A DNA stretch of 55,161 nucleotides, filler included, from Jimgerdemannia flammicorona (GCA_003990765.1; 2 parts of 2 records of this genome joined end to end with filler, not necessarily neighbours in it), one strand, 5' to 3'; positions 14,071 through 27,542 are shown, numbered from the whole stretch's first letter. Numbers and translations are program-made. Notes: generated by a model not told the origin, from the sequence alone.

Positions 14071-14893
14071 ATCTGCTATAAATAGTATTCTATAATTAGT
14101 CACATAGCAACCAGATAGTAACCAACTTATATAAAATACTCCAGAGATAAGAGTAAATAAACCTTAGTCTAAAAAGTTGAAATATAAATCAAAGCAAAAA
14201 CTACTAAAGATAATAAATATTGGTTCTCTTTTTCCTACTTCAGTCTACTTTTCAATATAAAGAACAAGTCTACATTTAAGAGTATTTGCTGCCTAAGTTT
14301 GAGTGAAGAACTTTATTGCTATTTGAAGAGAAACCTACCACTTAAGAAAAAGCTGCTATATTTTGGTCTGCTTGCCAGATAAGTCTAAAGTCTCTCTTAT
14401 TACAAAGTCAGTCTATCTTGATATAACTTCACAGTAAAGCTAGTCTCTTTTGACATAACTTTATATAAATGAAGTCAGTCTCTAATACAACTTTGTTAAG
14501 AGAAGAGAATCTGTATTATTCAAAAAGTCCACCAATTCAGAAAGAATCTGTATCATCTATTATTTTCAAGAAATCTACCTACATTTCAACTTATTTGATA
14601 CAACTTTACTATAGAGCTAATCTTTGATATAACTCCATATAAATAAAGCCAGTCTTTAATGTAACTTTGCTAAGAATCTATACTAAAACTAAGTTATCTG
14701 AATTATTTACTATCTGAGTTATTGAGTTATCTACTATCTGAGTTATTGAGTTATCTGCCATCTGAGTTATCTGAGTTATTATTCAAAAAGCCTATTAATT
14801 CAGAAGAATCTATACCAAATCAAAATATCTACCAAGTCTATATAAGGAATACCACCAAGATCATCATATAGAAATCATTTATCACTCAAGAAG

Positions 14894-16362
14894 TGTAGGC
14901 ACACAACCTCCAAGCCACTGAAATTACATGTTACCCTCTGAACAAATCTGGAAATCACCTGCTTGATCACAAAGCTGAGTCAAACTGAAGTCACAGCACA
15001 CAAAGCTGAGTCAATACAAAGTCATAGAATACAAGATTTACACAAACGAAATCTTACCAATCAGGATCAAATGTATATATACCAAGCACTGAGACATGTC
15101 AAATCAGAGAACCAAAACAAACAACAAACTACAACTTCCAAACACACAAACATGACCACCAAGATCTATACCCATATCCATACTGACATTTGGAATGTCA
15201 TTGTCAACCGAGCCACACCCCCTCTGCCCCTCATGAATATCCATAGCCTAGCACCCCTCTATTTCATGGAAGCCCGATGGAATGCTCTGAACATGCTTAG
15301 TGAGGCCCACCGAATTAGACAAATCTCAAGCTACTACCAGATCAGCCACCTCCTGGAAGACATGGTCGAAGACCACTATGATACAAACATTATACAGATG
15401 TCTCAACACCAGAAGCTCATCGTCTGTAAACATCAAGAACTCTTCTATGAGTATAGTATCTTTATTTCCTGCCTTCGAGTTACTACCAGCAAATTGGTTG
15501 CTACCCTGTCCTATGGCCAAATCGATGACATGATATAAGAACTCAACCAGAAGTACCTCAAGTATGTCAAAACTATAGACAGAACCTTCCCACACCCCAA
15601 TGATCATATCCTGCAAATGTCTCAAGTTGGATATGCCATGAAGGATATCTATGATATAATCTACTTCAATAAAGATGAAGCAGAAGACAATGATTCCTCT
15701 GACACTGACATAACCTCTAGCCAAGGATCTCTGCCAACCCTGACCACTCTGTCAATCTTGCTGATGAACTTACAATAGTTCATAACTGCATATGAGACTT
15801 ATTGGGACAATGACCACTGGCACAAATACCAACCTGCATTTACCCCTGACTACTTCAACTACAATGAAGAGACCAGAGAACACAACCTGTACCTCCAGAC
15901 AACCCTCGAGACTCGAACACACAAGAAAATTCCTAAATACTTCCCCACAATATCCCTTCACATAACTACTCCTAGTATAGCAATATCATGAATAGCAAAT
16001 AAACCTATTCAATAATCCACAAACCACTCTTAAGTAAATCTGCTCCCTGTTAGGTCCCACTCCTAACCCCATCATGAAATTTCCTAATTGGGTATTGTCT
16101 GCAGCAATACACCAATTCAACTAAGCTGGTCTTAGTTTTTTGAACTTCCCAAAATATGGAAAATCCTGAACATCCAGAACTAGTCTGAAAAAGGACTTTG
16201 GTTGAGACATCAACCCAATCTTGAAATCAATAAGCATAGAGGATGTACTCCATATGAGATTGATCTTGACCATAAAGAAACGGTCTTCCAGAGTATCCAG
16301 AATATTTAGAAAACCTTTCCAGAACTATATAATAGTTACCCTAAAAAAGCAACCCTCTTACA
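14894..16362 (+). repeat. LTR (1469 bp, internally deleted variant)
   Basis: TGTAGG...CTTACA; followed by act + TGGTAGTAGTGG PBS. Confidence 0.9.
15152..15911 (+). pseudogene. LTR-encoded ORF, C-terminally truncated copy
   Basis: MTTKIYTHIHTDIWNVIVNRATPPLP...; matches the other three LTRs. Confidence 0.75.
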
Positions 16363-16363
16363 A

Positions 16364-19300
16364 CTTGGTAGTAGTGGTTTATAACCCAATTCTGCTTCAA
16401 GATGCTTCCTCACCCTGCTACAAACCCCTCTGCGAATTCCTACAAGTTGGTATAAAGTCCAGCCTCTGAACTGGAATTTATCCAAACCATCTGACAATCT
16501 GGAGAGAATTGAACCTGATGTACAAGGACAATTTGACCTCCACACCTGCAACAAGTGGGACAAACTTCATTCAAAGAAAGAAGTACTCAGGTTAAACCAG
16601 CAAATAGGCAAAACCCTATTCACCAAACTCCTTGCACTACACCCAGCAAGTCAAGACAAAGAAGGTCTTATTGAAGCCTTCTTTACTCTTCTCAATAAGA
16701 GTTTTGTCAGCTCCACAAATCTGAGCGACTTAGGACAACCAGCAGCAGTCTTTCTAGCCTTAGTTCCTCACGAAGCCCAAGCCTCTGTAGCCAAGTGGCT
16801 CAACTCTACCGATTTTCACCATACCAGGACCAAGACTGCATTATACTACTGATTCTAGAACAACAAGGCCCGCTATATTCTTAAAGAAGAAGTAAGAGAA
16901 ATCCTTCATCAACTACCTGACCCTGAACCTGAAGCAGGCCCTACTACAGCCCTACCTGAATCTGAAACCAATACCGAACCTGAACTTGACTTTGAATTAA
17001 GTCCATCTGAAATCAGATATACAACTGATTCTGTCTACTTTGATGCTAAGCAAACCCAATTACACAGGGACCAAACTGAAGAAGAGGAGGAGTATCTCAG
17101 TGAATTCGATCCCAGATATACTACCAAAGGAGAAGTACCTCTATCAGGACAGAATATACCTATACAGCAACAAATAGATATCTATCAAGCCCTCACTCCA
17201 GACCTACAACTACTACTCTAGCAACTTACACAGACCTAAAGAATTCCATCACACTCTGCACCAGTACCTCAAGTAGTACCAGTAACACCACTACCAGCAG
17301 TCCAACCACCTCTAGTAAATAACATGGCGAACCAACAGATTCTCAACCTCACAGCCCAGATAGCCATAATGGCAGCAACCATTACAGCCTTAGCTGAACA
17401 GATCCGACCTACCAAAAATCTGAGCCTACCTACCTTCAATGGTACTGCACAAGAAGTCCAAAGCTTCATTAGTGTAGTTGATACCAACTTCAAAGCCAAT
17501 CAATGGACTAATGAGTGAGTTGCTGACTGCATTCTGACAAACAATCAAGACCATACTCTGGAACAACTCTTTGCTACCACTATAGCCTATGTCTGCTGAG
17601 TTGTTACATTCTTCCGAGGACCTGCTAAAGAATGGTGGCAAACCCTTCCTGAAAAACCTCTCACATGGGATACCCGACCTGCAGTAGTTGCTCAGAATGT
17701 AGCAAACAATGCCCCAGGATATAGAGCCCATCCTGTAGCCCCTGGACTCAAACAACTCATGATTGCTCAATACCACAGCAAAACCATGATTGCTGAATCT
17801 CGAGTAAAACTCTGCAACCTCAAATTTGATGTACATAGCAAAGAAGAATTCAAAACCTTCTGTACAAAACTTGAGTCACTCCTGAACACTGTTGGTCTAG
17901 GATACATTGCCAATGATGAAGCATGAAATGGTATAAGAGCAGACCATTTATTTGATACCCTGCCTGAATGGCTTACTAGAAAAATCCAAGAACAAGGCTG
18001 CCCAGTTGGTTGTGACCACCAACAATGGTGCCTGGCAAGAATCAAGACCATAGTCAAGTGAATCCTAACAGCTGGACCAATTCTGCCCCGAAGGCAATTT
18101 AACAACAAGGAAAAGACTTAGACCAAAAAAGAAGAACCCAAGCATGAAGCATCCCGAGCTCTCTCCACATCCACCTCTTGGACACCCAGAAATCATGAAC
18201 CCACCCAGCCAAGTACCTTCAAGAAACTTACTGAAGATGAAAGGAATGAACTTCAAAGAAGCAGAGCATGCTTCTATTGCCAAAAGATAGGACACATGGC
18301 CAGTGCCTGCCCTAACCAAAAACTCTGAACAGCAATATGAGCAACTGTTACCACTCTGCACCACCTCAACAACCTGACCACCAGAATACTGGACTTTGTC
18401 AAGTTAAGACAAACTGCTAAGGCCCCAACCAAAGGAAGTTAGAAAGCAGCTGAATATGACCTGTATGCAGCTGAAGAAGCTACAGTTTCCAACCAAGAAG
18501 TCAAACAAGTCTATACAGGAATCAGTATCCAAATCCCTGAAGGACATGTTAGAAGAATATGCTGTTACAGCAGCCTAGCACTGAAAGGACTCTCAGTAGA
18601 AGGAGGAGTCATTGATGAAGATTACATAGGCGAAATTATTGTCCTCATTCAAAACCACAGTTAGACACTCTTCAAGATCCTTATTGGCTTCTGTATTGCA
18701 CAGATCCTATTCGAAAAAATCGAGTCAACCCTGATAGTTAAGGAAGTCCCTGAACTACTGCCCACCATCCGAGGATCCAAAGGATTTGGCTCATCGAACA
18801 AGGCACCAGCCCAACCTACTATGAGCAAAGAAGAACAATTCTACAAGAAGATCGAAGATGGATATATACCAAGTGACTGATGCCCTCATGGTATTGGAAT
18901 ATACTCTTCCCGAATGATTGATGATTGCTTCTCTTGTATCAATGAACTGGCTCAGAGAAGAACCAACAAAAGGAAAGCTCAAACAACTGAAATTACCACC
19001 ATTGGATCAGACAAACTGCTTACACTTAAGACTTTTATCAATCGAGCACCTGTCAAGATCATGATAGACAGTGGTGCCTCAGGCAACTTTATCAGTGAAG
19101 AGACAGCCAACAGACTTAAGGTCTTCACCTCTCCAGTACAGCAAACTCAAGCAGTTGCTACAGCTGATGGAATCTCACATGTTATTAGTAAAGAAGTCTG
19201 CAATCTACCCTTCCGAATTGGCAACTACTGAGTATATGTTACCCTCCAAATCGTACCACTTCCTGACAATGAAATCATTCTTGGAACCCCATGGTTAAAA

Positions 19301-22260
19301 TAAGAGAACTCCATGATTGATTGGGTAAACCATTCTCTGATCATTAAGAAAGGATGCCACAACTTCAAACTATAAGGTGAAAAGGACCCACTCAACTCTG
19401 GTGACTCTAGACCAAAGATCACCCATATCAACAAGCTACAACTCAAGAAATTGGCCAAGAAGTGCTCTCTCTTTGCCATCTCCATCTGTCCATCCAAAGG
19501 AGAACCCGAGAACTCTGAAGAAGATTTTTTCAAAGTTGACAGCCATGTCAGACCACTACTCTAGAAATTCCGGGACATATTTCCAAAGAAGCTCCTGAAA
19601 GGCCTACCTCCCAAATGAGTAGTAGACCATACTATCAAGACTATTCCAGATGCCAAACCAGCCTTCAAGTTAATCTACCACATGTCTCCAAGAGAAATTA
19701 ATGCACTCAAGAAGGAAATCGACGAACTCCTAGAACAAGGATTCATCAGACCTAGTGTATCACCCTATGGTGCATCAGTCCTCTTCATTGTCAAGAAAGG
19801 AGGAGACCTGTGAATGTACATTGACTACTGCAATCTCAATGAACAGACCATCAAGAACTGTTGCCCACTACCAAGGATCGATTTAATATTCAATAGACTT
19901 ACCAACCCACAATTCATAAGCTCTTTTGACCTGCGAAATGGCTATTGGCAAATTGCTATGAAAGAAGAAGACATCTACAAGACAGCTTTCCGAACTCACT
20001 ACAGACACTTCGAGTTCCTGGTTATGTCCTTTGGCTTAACTAATGCTCCAGCAATCTTCCGGACACTAATAAATACCATTCTGCATCCATACCTGGACAA
20101 ATTCATTGTTGTCTACATTGATGACATCCTAGTCTTCAGCAAAACCCTGGAGGAACATCTTGAACACCTTGAACTAGTACTACTGAAACTCCAAGAAAAC
20201 TGACTCTTTGCAAAACTCAGCAAGTGTGAATTTCTCCTGAAAGAAATTCAATTCCTTGGACATATTATCACTCCAAATGGAATCAAAGTGGACTCCAGCA
20301 AAATCTCTGCAATCAAGGATTGGCCCAGACCCAAGAAGCTGAAAGACCTCCAGTCATTCCTGGGATTAGCAAACTATTATAGATGATTTGTTGCCAACTT
20401 TGCTAAAATTGCTACTGCTCTCACCCAAATGACCAAGCACAGCAAGAAATAAGAACAACCCTGGACCATGAAACAAGAGAAAGACTTCAACAATCTTGTA
20501 ACTTGGGGACCCAAACAAGATACTGCCTTTCAAGCACTGAAAGATGCCCTGATAACCACTCCAGTACTTTAAGCAGCAAATTCTGCCCTACCATATGAAG
20601 TCACTACTAATGCCTCTGACCTAGTCCTTGGAGCAGTACTCATGCAAGAAGGACACCCTGTGGCCTATCACTCCTGCAAGTTCAATGATGCCAAAATCAA
20701 CTACACAACTCACGAGAAGGAAATGCTAGCCATCGTAGACACTCTGATCAAATGGTGACCATATCTAGAAGGAGTACACTTCACCATATTGACTGACCAT
20801 AAATCATTAGTCAATATCAAGACACAGGCTACCCTTTCTCGAAAGCAAGCCAGATGGATGAAAGTCCTCACCAACTTTGATTACAAAATCCTGTATCACC
20901 CTGGCAAAGAAAACATTATTGCTGATGTAATCTCAAGACCACCTATTGAAGAAGTTATCCAAACTCTGATCTTGGTTACCAACACTATCATGGAACAAAT
21001 CATCACAGCATATGTTGATGATAAGGAAGCTCAAGCACTCTGAGAAATCCTGAACAGTGATGATGCTGACAAGCATACCCAGTACAATCAATACCAACTC
21101 AAGGACAATGCTATCTACTATAAGAACAGACTGTATGTCTCAAACAACCGAGACCTCTGAAGGACTATCCTATTCAAATGTCATGATGCTCCTACAGCTG
21201 GACATTTAGGATTTGATAAATGTTATGAAGATCTCCCAAAACTTCTATTGGCCCCACATGGCAGATCAGCTCAAAAGCTATATCACTTCCTGTGATGCCT
21301 GCCAACAAAACAAGTCCTCAACACTAGCAAAATCTGGCTTACTTCACTCTATCCCAGTACCATCTGTGAATTGGGAACAAATCTCTATAGACTTCATTGT
21401 ACAACTACTCTGAACCAAGAATGAGAAAGATGCAATTGTTGTCTTTGTAGACTATCTCAGCAAACAAGCTCACTTTGTACCAACTACTACCACTGCAACA
21501 GTACCAGACATAGCTATACTCTTGTTTGACAACATCTTCTGCTATCATGGTCTTCCTAAGATCATTGTTAGTGACCAAGATCCAAAATTCACCAGCCATT
21601 TTTGGAAAGCCCTTCATGCATACCTTGGAACAAAACTTATACTATCCACAGCCTTTCACCCTGAAACCGATGGCCAAACTGAAAGAATGAACTGAACTCT
21701 AGAACAAATGCTAAGGAACTATGTTTCCTACAGACAAGATGATTGGCATGAACACCTGACAGCAGTTGAGTTTACTTATAACAATAGCAAACAAGCCTCC
21801 CTGGGAATGACCCCATTCTTCACCAATACTGGACAAAATCCAAACACCCCTTTGACACTTATCCGAATCACTGAAGAGCCCTCCACAGTCGAAGCTGTTG
21901 AAGAATTCTTACTCCAAATGTGCAATTTAAGCCAGATTGCCATCGAGAATTTATCACAAGCTTAAGAACAACAATCACAGTATATTAACCAACACCACCG
22001 AGAAGAAACCTTTGATATTGGAGAAAAAGTTCTCCTGGACATCTGAGGATACCGAGTTGACAACCTGAAGCACAGACCATCTACGAAGCTGAACAGCAAG
22101 TTTATTGGACCATTTGAAGTTATTGCACAAGTCTCTCCAACCTCCTATAAACTGGCACTACCGGATACCATTAAGATTCACCCAGTCTTTAATGTTCAAT
22201 ATCTCAAGTGATACAATGAGAATGATGACGAGCTATTTCCAAACTGGACCATCAAACCAC
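16364..22260 (+). pseudogene. Gag extension-Gag-dUTPase-PR-RT-RNaseH-integrase polyprotein, copy A (chromodomain lost)
   Basis: CFYCQKIGHMASAC; GVIDEDYIGEI, RGSKGFGSS; IDSGAS; YIDDIL; HPETDGQTER; FIGPF. Confidence 0.93.
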
Positions 22261-22275
22261 CCACTGCTACTAAGT

Positions 22276-23744
22276 TGTAAGAGGGTTGCTTTTCTAGGAT
22301 AACCATTATGTAGTTCTGAAAAGGTTTTCTAGATATTCTGGATACTCTGGAAGACCATTTCTTTATGGTCAAGATCAATCTTATATGGAGTACGTCCTCT
22401 ACACTTATTGATTTCAAGATTGGGTTGACATCTCAACCAAAGTCCTTTTTCAGACTAGTTCTGGATGTTCAGGATTTTCCATATTTCAGGAAGTTCAAGA
22501 AACTAAGACCAGCTTAGTTAAATTAGCGTATTGCTGTAGACAATACCCAATTAGGAAATTTCATGATGGGGTTAGGAGTGGGACCTAACAGGGAGCAGAT
22601 TTACTTAAGAGTGGTTTGTGGGTTATTGAATAGGTTTATTTGTTATTCATGATATTGCTATACTAGAAGTAGTTGTGTGAAGGGATATTGTGGGGAAGTA
22701 TTTAGGAATGTTCTTGTGTGTTTGAGTCTTGAGGGTTGTCTGGAGATATAGGTTGTGTTCTCCAGTCTCTTCATTGTAGTTGAAGTAATTGGAGGTGAAT
22801 GCAGGTTGGTATTTGTGTCAGTGGTCATTGTTCCAATAAGTCTCATATGCAGTTATAAACTGTTATAAGTTCATTGGCAAGGTTGGCGGAGTGGTCAGGG
22901 TTAGCAGAGATCCTTGGCTAGAGGTCATGTCGGCGTTAGAGGGATCATTGTCTTTTGCTTCATCTTTATCGAAGTGGATTATATTGTAGATATCCTTCAT
23001 GGTGTATCCAACTTGGGGCATTTGCAGGATATGATCATTGGGGTGTGGGAAGGTTCTATCTGTGGTTTTGATGTACTCGAGATACTTCTGGTTGAGTTCT
23101 TGTATCATGTCATTGATTTGGCCATAGGACAGGGTAGCAACCATTTCGCTGGTAGTAACTTGAAGGTGGGGAATAAAGGTACTGTACTTGTAAAAGAGTT
23201 CTCGATGTTTGTGGGCGATGAGCTTCTGGTGTTGAGACATCTGGATAATGTCTGTATCATAGTAGTGTTTGACCATATCTTCCAGGAGGTGGCTGATCTG
23301 GTAGTAGCTTGAGATTTGTCTGATTCAGTGGGCCTTGCTAAGCATGTTCAGAGCATTCCATCAGGCTTCCACAAAGTAGAGGAGTGCTAGGTTATAGATA
23401 TTCATGAGGGGCAGAGGGGGTGTGGCTCAGTTGACAATGGCATTCCAAATGTCAGCGTGGATATGAGTATAGATCTCAGTGGTCATGTTTGTGTGTTTGG
23501 AAGTTGTAGTTTGTTGTTTGTTTTGATTCTCTGATTTGACGCGTCTCAGTGCTCGGTATATATGCATTTGATCCTAATTGGTAAGATTCCATTTGTGTAA
23601 ATCTTGTGTTCTGTGACTTCATATTAACTCAGCTTTGTGTGCTGTGACTTTGGTTTGACTCAGCTTCATGATCAAGCAGGTGATTTCCAGATTTGTTCAG
23701 AGGGTGACATGTAATTTCAGTGGCTTGGAGGTTGTGCGCCTATA
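22276..23744 (-). repeat. Inverted LTR (1469 bp) with adjacent inverted PBS (22261-22272)
   Basis: Reverse complement of 14894-16377, same internal deletion. Confidence 0.92.
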
Positions 23745-24317
23745 AGAAGGAATCCACTTGTACTATATAGAGATCATCATGCTACACAAGATCATTATGT
23801 CAGAAATCACATACTTTTAGAGGTTGTTATACTATATAGAGACTGTTATACAGAAATTACATAAGAAATCTACTCATGACATATAGAGATCATTATATGA
23901 AATTATCACTATATCTAAGAACTGTCTAAATAAGGAAATCTGCCAGAATCAACCACTATATCTAGACTTGACTATTATACCACTAAATATCAATAAGGAT
24001 ACCAAGAAATCTTAGAATGTTTTATTGCTTTTTAACAAAATAACTGAGGGCTCAAGCCAAACTACATCAATTTCCAGTCTTGTAATTTATCTCTATTGAG
24101 CCAGCATATTACAATATTAATATATTAATTTATATTTAATCTATTATCTTATAGGATATTTATTATAATTATAAAATATATTACTGTCTATTTGAGATAG
24201 TTTTTAAAAATAATTTGAACACTGCTGAGTTATAATGGTGGATGCTTAAGTAAACCCCCATTTTTGTTGAAGTAAGAGTTATACTTTAAATATAACCTCA
24301 TTATTGTGCATCACCCT

Positions 24318-25542
24318 TCACCATACCTCTGCATCTGTTTGCTGGCTAATACCCCCTTCATTACCATCCACCTTTAGCGTCACAGTCCAGAATCCGGAAT
24401 CTACGGCCCGCAACCGCCTGCGCTCAAAAATGTGCACGCACAGGTCGTTAAAGATCATGTTGTTATCGAACTCGGTTGGAAGCGGCGTACATGCGACCAG
24501 CGGAACGGCTAAAATCATGTAAGGGGCTTCACGGCGAAGATGCGAATCTGTTTGGCTGAGGAAAGAAAGTTTAACATATATAAATATAAAAGTGTCGCGT
24601 ATCATTGAGTAAAGAAGAAACCCGTTTTCTTCTCAATACCCACCTTTCAACGTACAATCCAAACCGATTTCCGATAATTACAACTTTCTCTAGCGCCTGT
24701 GCATTCCAATTCGCCGACAGAAGATTGCTGTAAAGAACTTTGTTGCAATGTGGCATGTAGAACAGTGTCATTGCATGGACGGCGCGTTTGGCTTGCTGAG
24801 GGAGAAGAGGTATGGAAGTAAGATATTGCAAGTACTGGGTATGTTGCTCCAATTGAACGACATGCTTACTTCATTCTCCGAAATCAGTTCTACACCATAG
24901 TGTTCCAGCAATTGCCGATCAATGTGCGTCATAACAGGGTCAAATATATATACTTTGCCGTCTATCTGAGTAATTCAAAATGGTATTTCGACTCAATGAT
25001 GGCGCGTACCATCGTTTATTGCGAGCATACTGCATACCTGTAAAGTTTCTCGCATGATCAACATCAACGCGAATTGGAATTGTGCGTTCCGTGATTGGTG
25101 CATTGAGCCAACTCCATAGCAGACAATGTCGTGCAGATGCGTAGGTATAAGGTGGTTGTGTAATATGCCTGTACCGGTTCGAGATATTGTACAGATCATG
25201 GATGTGTGACACTGAAGGGATGTATCGCGTGCATGCAATTCCGTACCTTGAAAATCCCTGTGAAATTTACTATCTACTATGGCTTCCCTAGATTTGTAAG
25301 ATACTTATTAGCACGGATTTAAAATCTTCGCTGCACCTATATTTCCCAAATACACACCTCCGCTTCTCCACGATTTCTACTGCGTCACTCAGAATCCATT
25401 CGTCAACATCCTTCACATGTTTTTTTTTGCCCTTGCCCGGCTTTTTCAATGCCCATATATCTCGCTCAACAATGCCTATGAGGTCTCCGCCAGCACCGTG
25501 CAAACGCTTGCTCTTGTATCGAAACTTGCCGCTGGTAACCAT
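24318..25542 (-). CDS. SRR1-domain protein (SRRD / yeast BER1-like), multi-exon; 5' exon structure uncertain
   Basis: Exons IVCYGVGS...NAQFQFALML; YIFDPVM...LLEHYG; TLFYMPHC..LYSNLLSANW...IIGNRF; FNDLCVH, separated by GT-AG introns. Confidence 0.85.
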
Positions 25543-25709
25543 TGTGAATGGTCGGTTGTCTTCCTCTCTCTTTTTGAATACGAATTAGAAAAATTGTGAC
25601 TCAATCGTTTTAATATTTAACAAACTGACACCTTATTTATATGGTCAGCTTCTCATAGACCGAACTTATAATTACAGTAAATCGAAGTGTATATGTCAGT
25701 CTCTGGGAT

Positions 25710-27228
25710 TTATACCTGACTGGAGATGGTACCAGCTGCCCCGATATCCTCTCTCATAAAGGCATCGGGTAAAGGATCGCGTCCAAGGAAGTCGCGAACC
25801 ATATCCATAGCATCCCTGAAAGAAGATAATAAGTGTGTTTGAATTATTGTATCGTTGGTAAATACATTACTTTGCTCAGTTATGCAATAAATGTCGCCTA
25901 CCAGCTCCCGCCACGCTCGAGAATCTTACGCCTGTATCTATTGCCAACAGCGCTATCCAATGGGTCGCCACTGAATTTGGTGTAGAACATGTCGCTTGAA
26001 TATACTTTGCTCCACATATAACCATAGTAGCCTGTTGTTATGAATAAGTCAGCGTAAGCGAATAAGGGAAACCGCATGAGATCTTTGGGTATCGAGACAT
26101 ATGTACGCTTGTTTGTGTACATGGAAATAAACAATGTCACAAAATCAAGCACTCAAGAGGAATCATACCTGCATCGTATCCGAAAATCATGTGGCTGGAT
26201 GCACATTGAAAAGGATGGAAGGTGATTATTGCATTCCCTAGTAATCGTCCTTGCAACAAATAAGCAAAAGCATACATGCTTACCCGAAGGCAGCTTGGCC
26301 AAACGAACCCTGAGACCGTAATACAGGTAGGATGCGAGAGGAATGAGAATATGTCACAACCATGAACGTTCTCAGATGAAGGGAAATCGCTTTACCTTGG
26401 GTGCTTCAATTAAAGAAATATCTCGGCACAAGTTATTAAATAGTGTAGTCGTGTCCACTTTTTCCTCTGGCAGAAGGAATGAATGCGTGGCAATTTGCAA
26501 TGAGTAACGATCATAGAAAAGTCTAACAAATCGGGTAGGTGAAAATACATTTCCCCACCTTCGCTGCCGTGCAACCTCATGTCAAACACACCGAAGAACA
26601 ACTGCCTAAGATTGAACAGTCCAGCACCGGCTTGCTTTGCCCGCACAATCTTTTCAATGAGCTCGTCTGGAATTGGCTCTCCCGTCTTATAGTGCGAAGA
26701 AAGTCGGCGAAGTGAATTGGATTGCCAACACCAGTTCTCGAGCATCTGTAGTCCAAATGGAAAGATTTAATGAGATGGAATCGGCCATTGTAGTTTGTAA
26801 AAACCGAAAGTACTGACTGAACATCATTCTACCTGAGAAGGGGCCTCGACAAAGTCTTCGTCAGCAAACCAAATATAACCAACTTCAAACGCCATTTTTG
26901 TGTAAAGATTGCATGACGGCGCGTTGCATGTTATACTACTATTTATGACTTCACTCACCTTTTTCAACGTTGGTGCCATGGAAACGCGACCATTTGGTCC
27001 TAGAGCATAGATGGTGCATGACGTGACCCTGTAGAAATATTCAATAAAATTTAATATAGCTCCCACGAGATGCAAGCAGGCGATGACTGAAGATACGGAG
27101 AAGGGGCGGGGTAAGGAATTGTGCATAGATTCTTACCAATTCGTGGAAGAGCGTGACAACTTCATCGTGCTTTAAGAGAGAGGGCTTGTCTTCCGTTCTG
27201 TTGATTGCGCAAGGTATGTCCAAACAAA

Positions 27229-27270
<42 letters not shown>

Positions 27271-27474
27271 GCATCAGAATAAGAAATAAGCATGTCGTAT
27301 AGTGAAGAATAGTAACGTCTTCCGCTTTTGAGGATCTAACTATATAAAGGGGTACATACGGCATGGTAAAATTGGCTACCATAGCAGCAATTGGCGGAAC
27401 TCTTGTGGGTTCGAGCGTATGCTCATCAAGCGTCGTATATGACGCTTGGAAAGGGATACACGCGGCGTGAGAAT
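25710..27474 (-). CDS. M3-family zinc metallopeptidase (thimet oligopeptidase/neurolysin/Prd1-like), 3' part; 5' part lost at the gap
   Basis: PSLLKHDEVVTLFHEL/GHVMH (HExxH across an intron), DFVEAPSQ/MLENWCW, FG/H..GYDA/GYYGYMWS, RYRRKILERGGS; about ten exons; stop at 25710-25712. Confidence 0.95.
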
Positions 27475-27542
27475 CTGTGATAAAGGAAAGGATGACAGGC
27501 AAGTGCGTTCACTGTGAGTGTACGGATGGTGAAAGACGACAA

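Larger units (their letters stand above)
14894..23744 (+). mobile_element. dUTPase-bearing Gypsy copy A with inverted LTRs and AGAAG TSD
   Basis: LTR 14894-16362 (+), PBS, gag-dUT-PR-RT-RH-IN, then reverse-complement PBS + LTR 22261-23744; AGAAG at 14889-14893 and 23745-23749. Confidence 0.92.
13768..24113 (+). mobile_element. 3' LTR of the old Gypsy, split into 13768-14893 and 23750-24113 by the inverted-LTR element
   Basis: Begins tataatgagccagca (decayed TGTAAT), ends gagccagcatattACA; both halves match the intact related LTR at 10763-11950. Confidence 0.7.

Noticed and set aside
14894..23744. DIRS-type element because of inverted repeats
   Set aside because: Has protease, DDE integrase, PBS and TSD, with no tyrosine recombinase; sibling copy has normal direct LTRs
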